Made by a program: the position numbers and the translations under genes. DNA of 64,000 nucleotides from Bryobacteraceae bacterium (lineage in GTDB: Bacteria > Acidobacteriota > Terriglobia > Bryobacterales > Bryobacteraceae), in NCBI GenBank assembly GCA_049511495.1, contig JBEKXZ010000003.1:117411-181410 (forward strand), given 5' to 3'. Position 1 is the stretch's first letter. The number at the start of each line of letters is the position of its first letter. This document shows positions 17,418-27,085 of this stretch, in pieces. The notes under the pieces were generated by a model. It was not told where the DNA came from. It saw only the letters and a program-made list of their open reading frames with translations, and did not search any database.

Positions 17418-18371
17418 ATGGCTGACGTTGCGAATGCCGCTGCTGAGGCGAATCCGCGGGCTTCCGCGCCATGGGAGCGGCGGTTCGCTATCTTTGCCTG
17501 GGCGGTGCTGGCATACAACCTGGCGGTGGTTCTGTGGGGCGCTTATGTGCGGGCTACCGGCTCCGGCGCGGGGTGCGGCAATCACTGGCCGCTGTGCAAC
17601 GGGCCGGTTGTGCCGCAGACTCCGGCTGGCGCAACCGTCATCGAGTTCACCCACCGGGTGACCAGCGGGCTAGACCTGATGCTGGTCGCGGCGTTGGTGG
17701 TGTGGGCCTTTCGTGCGTACCCGAAGCGGCACCGCGTGCGGCTCGGCGCGGCGCTATCGGCCACTTTTCTGGTGACCGAAGCGCTGCTGGGCGCGTCGCT
17801 GGTGTTGCTCCATCACGTTGCCCGCAATGCGTCGTCGTCGCGCGCGTGGTCGCTATCGGCGCACCTCATCAACACGCTCACCCTGCTGGCTTGCCTCACG
17901 CTGACAGCGTGGTGGGGCGGCGGGCGCCCGGCTGTCCGCCTGCGCGGACGCGCGGCGTGGATGGCCGCCGCGACGCTGGCCGTGTTTGCGGTGCTGGGAG
18001 TGAGCGGCGCGATTGCGGCGCTCGGCGACACGCTCTTCCCGGTGACGTCGCTCGCCGCGGGATTCACGTGCGATTTCGACCCGTCGGCGAATCTGTTCGT
18101 GCGCCTGCGGGTGTGGCACCCGCTGATTGCGGCCGGCGCCGGCGCCTGGGTGCTCTACTATGCGCTATCGGCGATCTCGGCTTTCCCATCCGGCGGCGTG
18201 GGACGGCGCCTGTCATACGCCGTGCTGGCGCTGACGGGCGGCCAACTCGCGGCAGGCGCCATCAACCTGCTGCTGCTCGCTCCGGTGGGAATGCAACTGG
18301 TTCACCTGCTGCTGGCCGATCTGCTGTGGATCGCGCTGGTGCTTGTTTCCGCCGAGCGGCTGCGGGCTTGA
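17418..18371 (+). CDS. ctaA: Heme A synthase (COX15/CtaA family)
   Basis: 317 aa with about 8 TM segments. GSGAGCGNHWPLCNG motif and conserved His in TM helices (EFTHRV, LLHHV, VWHPL, LVHLL). Confidence 0.8.
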   Translation: MADVANAAAEANPRASAPWERRFAIFAWAVLAYNLAVVLWGAYVRATGSGAGCGNHWPLCNGPVVPQTPAGATVIEFTHRVTSGLDLMLVAALVVWAFRAYPKRHRVRLGAALSATFLVTEALLGASLVLLHHVARNASSSRAWSLSAHLINTLTLLACLTLTAWWGGGRPAVRLRGRAAWMAAATLAVFAVLGVSGAIAALGDTLFPVTSLAAGFTCDFDPSANLFVRLRVWHPLIAAGAGAWVLYYALSAISAFPSGGVGRRLSYAVLALTGGQLAAGAINLLLLAPVGMQLVHLLLADLLWIALVLVSAERLRA

Positions 18372-18548
18372 GAGGTGTTGCGCTGTGTTGGGCGCGACAG
18401 TTGGACTCGTTGTTGCCAGTCAGTCGCCAAGCCGGTCGTTTCCGTAAACACGGTTTCGCATCGATCACGGAGGCCGAGTGGCTTGTGGAGAGCGGGCCGG
18501 ACATGGCCCGCGGCCCCTACGGTTGGCAAGCGCCTGCCCCGCGTGCGC

Positions 18549-19775
18549 CTAGCGTTTCCTCCCCGGTAACCCCACCGGGTTTTCGTGGGTGCGCTCGCGG
18601 AATTTGCCGCGGAGGCTGGCGGCCAGGGAGACGGCCGATTCGCCGAAGCGGTCGCGCATGTGGTCGGCGGCGGCCAGCGCACGCTGCCAGCGCTCGTGGC
18701 GACGGTCGTCCAACAGGTCCAGTTGCGCCTGCTCTTCCGACCATCCGGAAGCGTGCACGCCCAACAGGCGCACCTTCGCGCCCTTCTTCCAGTTGCGGTG
18801 GAACAGCGTGCGGATCTCCTCGAACAATTCGGTATCGAGCGCGGTCGGGCGCGCGACCGAGTGGGCGCGGGTGATGGTCGAAAAACCCTTATAGCGCAAC
18901 TTGAGCTGGATGGTGCGCGCGCTCAAGCCATGCTCGCGCAGGCGGCGGCCCACCATCTCGCTCAACTTGGCCAGGGTCGCTTCGATCTGCGCCAGGTCCG
19001 CAGTGTCTTCGGAGAAAGTGTGCTCGTGGCTGATCGACTTGGGATCCTCTTCCGCGCCGATCTCGGTATCGAACCAGCCGCCCGCGTCCAGGCCCTGTGC
19101 TTTGCCGGCCAGCGCCAGGCCCAGTTTTCCGAAGTGTTGTTCGAGGAAGGCTTCGTCGAGCTTCGCCAGGTCGCCCACTTTGCGAATCCCGAGCGCGTGC
19201 AGATTCTTCTCGCTCACTTTGCCGACGCCGGGGATGCGCCGCACGTCGAGCGGCGCCAGAAACGCGGCCTCGCGGCCCGGTACCACCCACAGCACGCCGT
19301 TGGGCTTGGCCTGGTCGGAGCAGATTTTGGCCACCAGGCGCGAGGCCGCGATGCCGATCGAGCAATTCAGCTTGGTGGCGGCGTGGATGCGCTCGTGCAG
19401 CAGGTGCGCCGCCCGCAGCGGCGGCCCATATAGCCGCTGGGTGCCGGTGATGTCGAGATAGGCTTCGTCGATGGAAGCCATCTCTACCAGCGGCGTGAAC
19501 CCGCACAGCACATCGTGGACCTTGTGCGAATACTCGCGATAACGCTCCGGGTGCCCGTCGACGAAAATGGCCTGCGGGCACATCTTGAACGCCGTGCGCA
19601 GCGGCATCGCCGAATGCACGCCGAAGCGCCGCGCCGTATAAGACGCCGCCGAAACCACCCCGCGCTCGTTAGGCCTTCCCCCAACCACCACCGGCTTGCC
19701 CTTCAGCGAGGGGTCGAACAGTTCTTCCACAGACACGAAGAAGGCATCCATGTCGAGATGGAAGAAGGTTTTCAC
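18549..19775 (-). CDS. dinB: DNA polymerase IV (Y-family)
   Basis: 408 aa. HLDMDAFFVSVEE, SIDEAYLDIT, IGIAASRLVAKI, GVGKVSEKNL. Confidence 0.9.
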   Translation of the reverse strand: MKTFFHLDMDAFFVSVEELFDPSLKGKPVVVGGRPNERGVVSAASYTARRFGVHSAMPLRTAFKMCPQAIFVDGHPERYREYSHKVHDVLCGFTPLVEMASIDEAYLDITGTQRLYGPPLRAAHLLHERIHAATKLNCSIGIAASRLVAKICSDQAKPNGVLWVVPGREAAFLAPLDVRRIPGVGKVSEKNLHALGIRKVGDLAKLDEAFLEQHFGKLGLALAGKAQGLDAGGWFDTEIGAEEDPKSISHEHTFSEDTADLAQIEATLAKLSEMVGRRLREHGLSARTIQLKLRYKGFSTITRAHSVARPTALDTELFEEIRTLFHRNWKKGAKVRLLGVHASGWSEEQAQLDLLDDRRHERWQRALAAADHMRDRFGESAVSLAASLRGKFRERTHENPVGLPGRKR

Positions 19776-19817
19776 TTCCTATCAGGATAATCTCTGTGGC
19801 CGCGCGAAAAGTGGTCC

Positions 19818-19910
19818 TCTGTGGGGCAGCTTGGTAAGCTGCGGTCCGATTGCCAATCGGACCGCGCGGCGATTAACAATCGCCGCGCAGGAGGTCATCC
19901 TGCCCCACAA
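19818..19910. repeat. Nested triple-hairpin repeat, family B, copy 1
   Basis: The outer arms TGTGGGGCAG and CTGCCCCACA enclose GCAGCTT-GGT-AAGCTGC, GGTCCGATT-GCC-AATCGGACC and GCGCGGCGATT-AAC-AATCGCCGCGC. A second copy lies at 58547-58652. Confidence 0.8.
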
Positions 19911-19913
19911 GCC

Positions 19914-20420
19914 ATGAACATAATTGACTGCCCGCTTATCAGCCCCGCGAGTGCGACAGTATTACCGGTGAACCGCTGTATTATGGCTGCCGCCGCCGCA
20001 CTCTTCGCGGTGACCCCCCGCGTGGCGCTCGCACAGGTCAAGCCCGATGGGCCGGTCAAGACTACGCTGTGCGAACTGAAGCAAGAGCCGAAGCGATTTG
20101 ATGGTCGGACGGTTCAACTTCGGACTGAGTTCTTCCCTGGCGCTGAAGATAGCCCCACTGTTCTGTTTGACCGGAGTTGCTCCGCGGTTGTAGCCATTCT
20201 TTGGCCCGACGGCAAGTCGGCCAGGGACATTGGGGACTATCGCAGCTTGCAGCGGTATCTGAAGAAGGACCGAATCGTGGAGGCGACTGTGACCGGCGTA
20301 TTCGCCAACACCGCCGGCGGGTCTGGTGCCTTCGCATTTGATTCCCGCCTCTCCTTGCAGCGGGTCTCGGGCGTAATTGCCAAGCCGCGTGACCGCTCTC
20401 CCTACGCGAGGGGAAAATGA
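19914..20420 (+). CDS. Hypothetical secreted protein
   Basis: 168 aa from ATG 19914 (a later start at MAAAAALFAV is possible). Hydrophobic signal-like segment ending ALAQ. No recognisable domain. Confidence 0.45.
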   Translation: MNIIDCPLISPASATVLPVNRCIMAAAAALFAVTPRVALAQVKPDGPVKTTLCELKQEPKRFDGRTVQLRTEFFPGAEDSPTVLFDRSCSAVVAILWPDGKSARDIGDYRSLQRYLKKDRIVEATVTGVFANTAGGSGAFAFDSRLSLQRVSGVIAKPRDRSPYARGK

Positions 20421-20446
20421 CATTCCGCACCGGAGTCAAAAATGCC

Positions 20447-21217
20447 TCAGCTCACCGCCTTCTTCCTGAACTTCTTGATGCCGAGCGCGATCATGCCGAG
20501 ATCGATCGCGGCCAGCGCGGAGGCGGTGATCCACGTGGCGATGTGCGGCACTCCCGGCGCCAGAACCCCGCGCAGGCCCTCGCTCGCGTACACCACCGGG
20601 TTCAGCAGCACGGCATATTGCAAGCCGGGGAACGCGCGAAGGAAAGACCACGGATAGTAGACGCAGCCGAACATCAGCATCGGCGTCAGGATGATGCTGA
20701 ACATGAGCCCGATCTGCGTGGCGCCGACGCTGCAACCTAGCGCCAGCCCGCCGGCGGCTGCCAGCAGCGCCACCAGCAGGCAGAAGCCGGCGAAAGTGAA
20801 CGGATGCGCGAGGCTGACGTTGGCGCCGGAACCCATCGTCACCCATGCGGCCGGGATCACCACCAGGCCGGCCACCAGCGCCTGGATCATGCCGGCAATG
20901 ATCTTCTCCACCGCCAGCCAGCCGTTCTCAATCGGCGCCAGCAGCCGGTCCTCGATTTCGCGGCTGAATTGAAACTCGGTGATCAGCGGCATGGCCACCG
21001 CCTGGACGCCGGCAATCACCATGCTGATGGCGATGATGCCCGGCAGCAGCACGCTCTTGAACCCGGCCCGCATCATGCCGCCCGAGGTGAGGATGCGCCC
21101 GAAGACGAAAGTGAACAGCAGCGGCTGAAGCAAATTCTGCACCAGCACCATGATTAAATTGCGGCGGGCAACGTGACCATCGCGCGACAGCAGGGCGTAA
21201 AACGTCTTCCAGTTCAC
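20447..21217 (-). CDS. ABC-2 type transporter permease
   Basis: 256 aa with 6 TM segments. Overlaps the upstream ATPase gene by 4 nt. Confidence 0.8.
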   Translation of the reverse strand: MNWKTFYALLSRDGHVARRNLIMVLVQNLLQPLLFTFVFGRILTSGGMMRAGFKSVLLPGIIAISMVIAGVQAVAMPLITEFQFSREIEDRLLAPIENGWLAVEKIIAGMIQALVAGLVVIPAAWVTMGSGANVSLAHPFTFAGFCLLVALLAAAGGLALGCSVGATQIGLMFSIILTPMLMFGCVYYPWSFLRAFPGLQYAVLLNPVVYASEGLRGVLAPGVPHIATWITASALAAIDLGMIALGIKKFRKKAVS

Positions 21218-22242
21218 TCGCGCAGGCTCCTTCCGGTGTGGTGCAGGAACAGGTTCTCGAGACTCGGTTCCTGAATGTGAACGTCGTGCAGTTCGGCGCC
21301 GGCCGCTTGCGCGGCGTTGACGATGGGGCCGACCAGCGGGCCGCCGCGGTCGGCGTAAACATCAGCCGCCGCCGGCTCGGTCGAGTGCACCTCCGTCACG
21401 CCGGGCAGCTCGCGAAGCTGGCGGAGCAGCTCTTCCGGCGCGCGGTCGAAACGCACCCGCAGCACGTAACCGCCGGGGATCGACGATTTGAGCTCGCGCG
21501 GCGTCCCCAGGGCGATGATCTTGCCGTGATCGATGATGGCCAGGCGCTGGCACAGCTCGTCGGCTTCCTCCATGTAATGTGTCGTCAGCACGATGGTCTT
21601 GCCCAGGCTGCCGTAGCCGCGGACGATTTCCCACAGCATCAGGCGCGTCTGCGGATCGAGGCCGGCGGAAGGCTCGTCGAGGAACAGCACCTCGGGATCG
21701 TGCATCATGGCGCGCGCGATGGAAAGCCGCTGCATCAGGCCGCCGGATAATTCGCGGACCATCTGGTTGGCGCGGTCGGTGAGCTTGAATTTTTCCAATT
21801 GCTCGCCGGCGCGGCGGGCGCGCTCGCGGGCGCTCTGGCCGAAGTAGGCGCCGTGAAACAGCAACACCTCGCGGGTGGTCAGCGCAAAATCCAGGTTGGG
21901 CCGCTGCGGCACCACGCCGATCAGGCGCTTGGCCTTCACCTGCTGCTTCCAGACGTCGAACTCGCCGACGAATGCGCGGCCGCTGGTGGGCTCGGTGCGG
22001 GTGGTCAGGATGCCGATGGTGGTGGACTTGCCCGCGCCGTTCGGCCCCAGCAGGCCGAAGATTTCGCCGGCGGGAATCTCCAGCGAGACGTCATCGAGCG
22101 CCAGGATTTCGATCTTCTTTTTCTTTTCTTTCCGCCCGCCGGTACGGGCTGGACCGAAAGAAAAACCGCGAGCGCCGAGCGCGGAGGGCGGCGGCGAATC
22201 GTAAACCTTGCGCAGATTCTCGATGCGAATCCCAATTCCCAT
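21214..22242 (-). CDS. ABC transporter ATP-binding protein (DrrA-like exporter ATPase)
   Basis: 342 aa. Walker A GPNGAGKST, signature LSGGLMQR, Walker B LFLDEPSAGLD. Confidence 0.9.
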   Translation of the reverse strand: MGIGIRIENLRKVYDSPPPSALGARGFSFGPARTGGRKEKKKKIEILALDDVSLEIPAGEIFGLLGPNGAGKSTTIGILTTRTEPTSGRAFVGEFDVWKQQVKAKRLIGVVPQRPNLDFALTTREVLLFHGAYFGQSARERARRAGEQLEKFKLTDRANQMVRELSGGLMQRLSIARAMMHDPEVLFLDEPSAGLDPQTRLMLWEIVRGYGSLGKTIVLTTHYMEEADELCQRLAIIDHGKIIALGTPRELKSSIPGGYVLRVRFDRAPEELLRQLRELPGVTEVHSTEPAAADVYADRGGPLVGPIVNAAQAAGAELHDVHIQEPSLENLFLHHTGRSLRE

Positions 22243-22399
22243 GGCTTACGCTTCCTTCTTCCTGCTGCAAAGCACTTGATCCACCTCCCGGCGGGCGCGG
22301 CCCAGAATCTGCCGCACACGTGCCGCGGCAGTTGTTTCCGTACGATATAGCAAACCGCATGCAAAACGCAACAGATGGAAGGGCACTCGCCGGCGCTCA

Positions 22400-22669
22400 T
22401 CACGCCTTCGGGTACCGGTCGCTGCACGCTTTCGAGCAGAAGTGTACGACTTGCCCATTGACGGTGCGGGTCAGGCTGGCCGCGGTGGAGACATAGGTGC
22501 CGCAGACGGGATCCTTCTTCAATTCGCCGCCGGCCTGGACCGATGGCGCGTTAGGCGGACGGGACGCAGGCGGAGTGCGGTACCGGGAGAGGAAGTTGCC
22601 GAGCAGAGACCGGATGACCAGGAACAGCAACAGAGGGAAAACAAACTCGACGAAGAATGCTCGAATCAT
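22400..22669 (-). CDS. Membrane-anchored YHS/TRASH-domain protein
   Basis: 89 aa. N-terminal TM helix, Pro-rich linker, and DPVCGTYV...HFCSKACSDRY Cys pattern of YHS/TRASH metal-binding domains. Confidence 0.6.
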   Translation of the reverse strand: MIRAFFVEFVFPLLLFLVIRSLLGNFLSRYRTPPASRPPNAPSVQAGGELKKDPVCGTYVSTAASLTRTVNGQVVHFCSKACSDRYPKA

Positions 22670-22714
22670 GAGATCGGGGCAGAAGCGCGCCGCCTCTGCC
22701 CCGGATTGTGCGCG

Positions 22715-23881
22715 CTATTGCTGCGTGGTTTTCTTCTTCTTTTTGCCGGCGTCGGGATTCTTGTACTGCGTCTGGAGTGTGGAGCCCAGGGTTGCCAGCA
22801 TAGCCTTGGCTTCCTGCGCATGCACAGGTTCCTCTCCATTCGGACCCTTCAACTGCAGGTATTCTTGGAAGGCTTCCACGGTTCCGGGAACCGCAATGAT
22901 CTTCCCATCCTTGTCGTACGACGCTTTGCCCACCAGGGTGATGCCATATTGATAGAAGGCCTCGGCATAGGGCGGCGTGATGGAGATCGCCTTCTTGAAG
23001 GTATCGCTGGCCGCATCGTTCTGGCCGGCGTTTATTTCGAGCGCGCCCAGGTTGTAATAATACTGGCCCGCGCCGGCCGGATTGAGGGTTGCGGCTTTCT
23101 CGAGCTCGGCCTGCGCCTCGGAGAACTTCTTGCTTGCCGCCAGCGTCAGCGCGTAGTTGTTGTGAATGCCGGCATCGTTGGGGTCGAGGGCGATCGCTTT
23201 GGTCCAGCAGTCGGCCGCCTTCTGCATGTTGGTGTCAAAGTCGGCGCCCGTCTTGGTCTTCGCCAGTTGCTCGTAAGCCATAGCCAGGCTGGTCCATACG
23301 GCGTCCTGCTTGGGGTCGATTTCCCCCGCCTTATTGAAGCTCTCGATGGCCACGTCGTACTGCTTGTTTTCCAAGGCAGTCCTCCCCGCGTTGTAGGCTT
23401 CGGTGAGCGCGGCGTTATGCTTTGCGACGTCCTTCTGCTTGGCGATGTTGTCCTCGAGCTGCTTCTTCTGCTCGACGCTCAAGCCGCGTGCTTGGTCTTT
23501 GGAGAGGGTGCCGGTGCTTGCGGCCTTTTGCAGAGCGGCGGCAGCCGCAGCGGCAACCTTCAGGTCAAAATCATGGACCGTTTTCTCGGTCGGGCTGGTT
23601 TTCACGCCGTTGAGCCGGTCCTTCACCACGTCGTCCACAAGAACGGCGAGGTTGTACGTGCCCATGGCCAGCGCAGAGTCGATGTAATGGCCCTTCTTGT
23701 CGGTCTTGACGGTGATCAGCTTGCTGGACTGATCGACGCGTGAAATTTGGATCACGGCTCCCTGCACGGGTTTGCCGTCCTCGCCCATCACAACTCCTTC
23801 GAGCGAGGTGATCTGGGCAAAAGATGGTAGCGCAATCACCAGCAACCCGGCCAGGGTCGCAGCCATAGTGCGGATCTTCAT
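22715..23881 (-). CDS. Secreted TPR-repeat protein with an N-terminal carboxypeptidase-regulatory-like domain
   Basis: 388 aa. Signal peptide. LEGVVMGEDGKPVQGAVIQISR...TDKKGHY beta-sandwich-type segment followed by several TPR units (A..YYNLG, AIALDPNDA). Confidence 0.75.
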   Translation of the reverse strand: MKIRTMAATLAGLLVIALPSFAQITSLEGVVMGEDGKPVQGAVIQISRVDQSSKLITVKTDKKGHYIDSALAMGTYNLAVLVDDVVKDRLNGVKTSPTEKTVHDFDLKVAAAAAAALQKAASTGTLSKDQARGLSVEQKKQLEDNIAKQKDVAKHNAALTEAYNAGRTALENKQYDVAIESFNKAGEIDPKQDAVWTSLAMAYEQLAKTKTGADFDTNMQKAADCWTKAIALDPNDAGIHNNYALTLAASKKFSEAQAELEKAATLNPAGAGQYYYNLGALEINAGQNDAASDTFKKAISITPPYAEAFYQYGITLVGKASYDKDGKIIAVPGTVEAFQEYLQLKGPNGEEPVHAQEAKAMLATLGSTLQTQYKNPDAGKKKKKTTQQ

Positions 23882-24032
23882 AGAACCTCCAAACTTGAGA
23901 GTTGCTTGTATGAAATTCGAGTATACCGCAATTGATCTGTATCACCCTTGCAGCGGCGCGCGCAAGCGCCGGTGTGGCCATGCTTCCGCATACCCGAGCC
24001 ACCGGGAGGCAGCGGCCAAATGCGCCAGCGCC

Positions 24033-24515
24033 CTATTCGCCAAACAGACCGATCTGCGCCTCCGGCGCGGCCTTTTCCTTGCGCCGTTTGAGCGGACTGC
24101 CCACCACCCCCAGCACTTCCACCGAGCGCAACGCCGGGCGCGGCAGAAACACCCGCTGCTGCGCGCTGTAGGGGTGGGGTGGAATCACGCTGAATCCGTA
24201 TGGTTCGACCGGCAGCAGGTTGTTCGGCATGACGCCCTCCATAACTTCTCCATCATGAAAGGTGAAGCGCATCCAGAGGCCCTCCATCTTCGGGCGATTG
24301 AGGAAAACGGGGCGCCCGACCTCCGCCGCAGCGTCGAAATCGCGCACGAACGAGACGCTCTTGATCTCAGCGTAGGGCACGCGGACGACTTGGCCTTCGG
24401 CAGAGAGCAATTCAACTCCCGCAGGTTGAAGATAAGAAAGGGGATTGACATAACCGGCGAGACTTTCCCGCTGAAATCGACGGATCACAGCCTTTTTGGT
24501 GGTGGAAGTGGCCAA
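24033..24515 (-). CDS. Hypothetical protein
   Basis: 160 aa with normal amino-acid composition. Divergent from xerD. No domain recognised. Confidence 0.5.
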   Translation of the reverse strand: MATSTTKKAVIRRFQRESLAGYVNPLSYLQPAGVELLSAEGQVVRVPYAEIKSVSFVRDFDAAAEVGRPVFLNRPKMEGLWMRFTFHDGEVMEGVMPNNLLPVEPYGFSVIPPHPYSAQQRVFLPRPALRSVEVLGVVGSPLKRRKEKAAPEAQIGLFGE

Positions 24516-24577
24516 GGGTCGCCCTTTTTTGTCAATTATGTTTCAATCATTTCGGCGCTTATTGTATCATTGGCACG

Positions 24578-25486
24578 ATGGTAGAAGCGCTGGCGAGGGA
24601 AGCGGCCGGACTGAAAGGCCATGCGCGCGCGTTTCTCAACTATTGCCGCGTGGAAAAAGGCCTGTCGGCCAACTCGATCGGTGCCTATGGTGCAGACCTT
24701 CAGCGGTTTATCGTTTCTGTCGGCGCCCATTCGGAACTTCCCGGACCGGAATCGCTCCGTCTCTATATTGATAGTTTATATCGGGGGGAATTGAGCCATC
24801 GTTCGGTGGCGAGGCACCTGGCCACGCTTCGCTGTTTTTTTCGGTATCTGCTGCAGGAAGGCGTCATCGACTGGGATCCGGCCCAGGAGTTGCGTCCGCC
24901 CCGGCAATGGCAGACCATCCCTAAATTCCTTAATCTCGAGGAGATAGAGAAGCTGATCCGCGCCCCCGATACCGCCCGGCCCACCGGCCTGCGCGACCGC
25001 GCCATGATCGAGTTGCTCTATGCTTCCGGCCTCAGGGTTTCCGAATTGTGCCGCGTGGGAGTAGGCGATCTCGACGCCCGCATGGGCTACGTGCGGGTGA
25101 CCGGCAAAGGAAACAAGCAGCGCCTGGTACCGGTGGGGCGGGAGGCGATTGGCGCCGTGGAGCGGTACCTGGCGGAGGGCCGCGGAGCCCTCCTGAAGGG
25201 CCGCGCCAGCCGCCACCTGTTCGTGACCGCGCGCGGCGGCTGCCTTACCCGGCAGGCGTTTTGGAAACTGCTCGCCGGTTATGGACGCAAAGTGCAAATC
25301 TTCCGCGGGCTGACGCCCCATGTTCTGCGCCACAGTTTCGCCACCCACCTGCTGGACGGTGGAGCGGACCTGCGCAGCGTTCAGGTCATGCTGGGGCACG
25401 CCGATATCTCGACTACCCAGATTTATACGCACGTCATGCGGTCGAGACTGCGCGAAACGGTTCAAAAGCATCATCCCCGCGCCTGA
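24578..25486 (+). CDS. xerD: Tyrosine recombinase XerD
   Basis: 302 aa. GLRVSEL, LRHSFATHLL, LGHADISTTQIYTHV (R-H-R-Y catalytic set) and a XerD-type N-terminal SAM-like domain. Confidence 0.85.
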   Translation: MVEALAREAAGLKGHARAFLNYCRVEKGLSANSIGAYGADLQRFIVSVGAHSELPGPESLRLYIDSLYRGELSHRSVARHLATLRCFFRYLLQEGVIDWDPAQELRPPRQWQTIPKFLNLEEIEKLIRAPDTARPTGLRDRAMIELLYASGLRVSELCRVGVGDLDARMGYVRVTGKGNKQRLVPVGREAIGAVERYLAEGRGALLKGRASRHLFVTARGGCLTRQAFWKLLAGYGRKVQIFRGLTPHVLRHSFATHLLDGGADLRSVQVMLGHADISTTQIYTHVMRSRLRETVQKHHPRA

Positions 25487-25544
25487 AGATCGCTTGCGTG
25501 TATTGGGGCGCGGGCCTGGTTGGTAAGTTCGAGAGCGCACTTCG

Positions 25545-26846
25545 ATGAGCGACTACATCTATATCTTGGAAAGCCACCTCAGCCCGGACCAGAACCACGT
25601 TTTGCGCGAGGTAATGGCCGCCGCGGGACAGGCCAACCTAAACCTGTTTCTTACCGGCGGCGCGATGCGCGACATGCTGGCTGGTTTCCGGATTCGCGAT
25701 CTCGATTTCGTGGTGGAGGGCGCGGCCCTGAAGCTCGCTAAAACGGTGGCCGACCGTTCCGGCGCCACCATCGTTTCGGCCGACGAGAACCGCAAGAGCG
25801 CCGAGCTCGAGTTCCCCACCGGCGCCACCGCGCAAATCGCCATGTCCCGGCAGGAGAAATACCCGCGCGGCGGCGGCAAACCGCAGGTAACGCCAGCCAC
25901 CATTCAGGAGGATTTGCGTGGCCGCGATTTCACCTGCAACGCGATCGCTCTCTCGCTCAATAAGACCTCCCGCGGGTTGCTGCTGGACCCGTTGAATGGC
26001 CTGGCGGACATCGAGCGGCGCGAACTGCGCGCCGCCGGCGCTTATGGGTTTTACGATGACCCCACGCGCCTGCTGCGGCTGGTGCGATTGGGCGTGCGGC
26101 TGGGCTTCGCGACCGAGGAGCGCACCGCGATGCAGGTGGCCAACGCCCGCGAAGCCGAGGTGGAAAAGGCGATTCCGCCGCGCGTGCTGGGGGCGGAATT
26201 GAAGCTGATCGGGATAGAAGATAACGCTGCCGGGATCGTCGAGGCGCTCGCCCAGGCCGGATTGCTGGCTCTGTTCTCGCCTACGCTGGCGGAGGGCCAC
26301 GCGCAGCGCGCCCGGCTGGCAAGATTCGACAAGATCGCCCGCATCCTGCCCGACGAAACCCAGGTCCGCGCCGCCCGCTTCGGGCCATTCCTGTTCGCCC
26401 TGACGGAGAAGATGAGCCCGCGCGAAAAGCAGGCGCTGGCCAAGCACCTCGAATTCTCTAGAGCGGACGCCAACCGGTGGCTGCAACTGGAAGCGAGGTC
26501 GAAGAAGCTCGCCGGCGCGCTGCGTTCGCCGCGCATCCGCAAACCTTCGCAGGTGTACCAATTGATTTCCACCGCCGCGCCGGACCAGGTGATGTTCCTG
26601 TTGTATGCTTCGCCGCTCAAGCCGGTGCAAGATCGACTGCGGGCCTATTTCCAGAAGTATCTGCCGGCGGTCCAGGAAATTACGCCCGAAGAGTGGGCCA
26701 CGCTGGAAGCCAAGCCAGCGCGCCAGCAGAAAGCCCGCGAAGAGTTCATCGCCAACCGGCTGGACCGCCGTCCGCCGCGCAAGCCGGCGCCCGATCCGCC
26801 TCCACCGCCGGCCCCCGAACCGTTCATGGCGCGCCGCGCACGGTAA
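25545..26846 (+). CDS. tRNA nucleotidyltransferase / poly(A) polymerase family protein
   Basis: 433 aa. LTGGAMRDMLAG..IRDLDFVV nucleotidyltransferase head motif, RDFTCNA, and a Pro-rich basic tail. Confidence 0.7.
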   Translation: MSDYIYILESHLSPDQNHVLREVMAAAGQANLNLFLTGGAMRDMLAGFRIRDLDFVVEGAALKLAKTVADRSGATIVSADENRKSAELEFPTGATAQIAMSRQEKYPRGGGKPQVTPATIQEDLRGRDFTCNAIALSLNKTSRGLLLDPLNGLADIERRELRAAGAYGFYDDPTRLLRLVRLGVRLGFATEERTAMQVANAREAEVEKAIPPRVLGAELKLIGIEDNAAGIVEALAQAGLLALFSPTLAEGHAQRARLARFDKIARILPDETQVRAARFGPFLFALTEKMSPREKQALAKHLEFSRADANRWLQLEARSKKLAGALRSPRIRKPSQVYQLISTAAPDQVMFLLYASPLKPVQDRLRAYFQKYLPAVQEITPEEWATLEAKPARQQKAREEFIANRLDRRPPRKPAPDPPPPPAPEPFMARRAR

Positions 26847-27085
26847 GGTCGATATCGCGAGCTATTTTGCGCGAAGGCTCACGCCGATCGTGTTTAGAAC
26901 AGCTCTGCGTCCGCCGGGCGCGAACTTCTCAAGTCGGCAACGCTCGTTGCGCCGTTCCCCCGCATTCGATCGAAGCCATCGGCTACCGCGAGATCGAGGC
27001 GGCTTATAGCGGTCTCGACCAGCTCTGGCCGGGTGGAACGGCACGCGGTAAGCCATATCCGGTTGCCCCGCTCCGGGTGAAAGAC

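Noticed and set aside
24578-25486. Tyrosine recombinase as a possible marker of an integrated mobile element
   Set aside because: Its sequence and length are those of housekeeping XerD. No att-like repeats, tRNA gene, phage genes or conjugation genes are adjacent.
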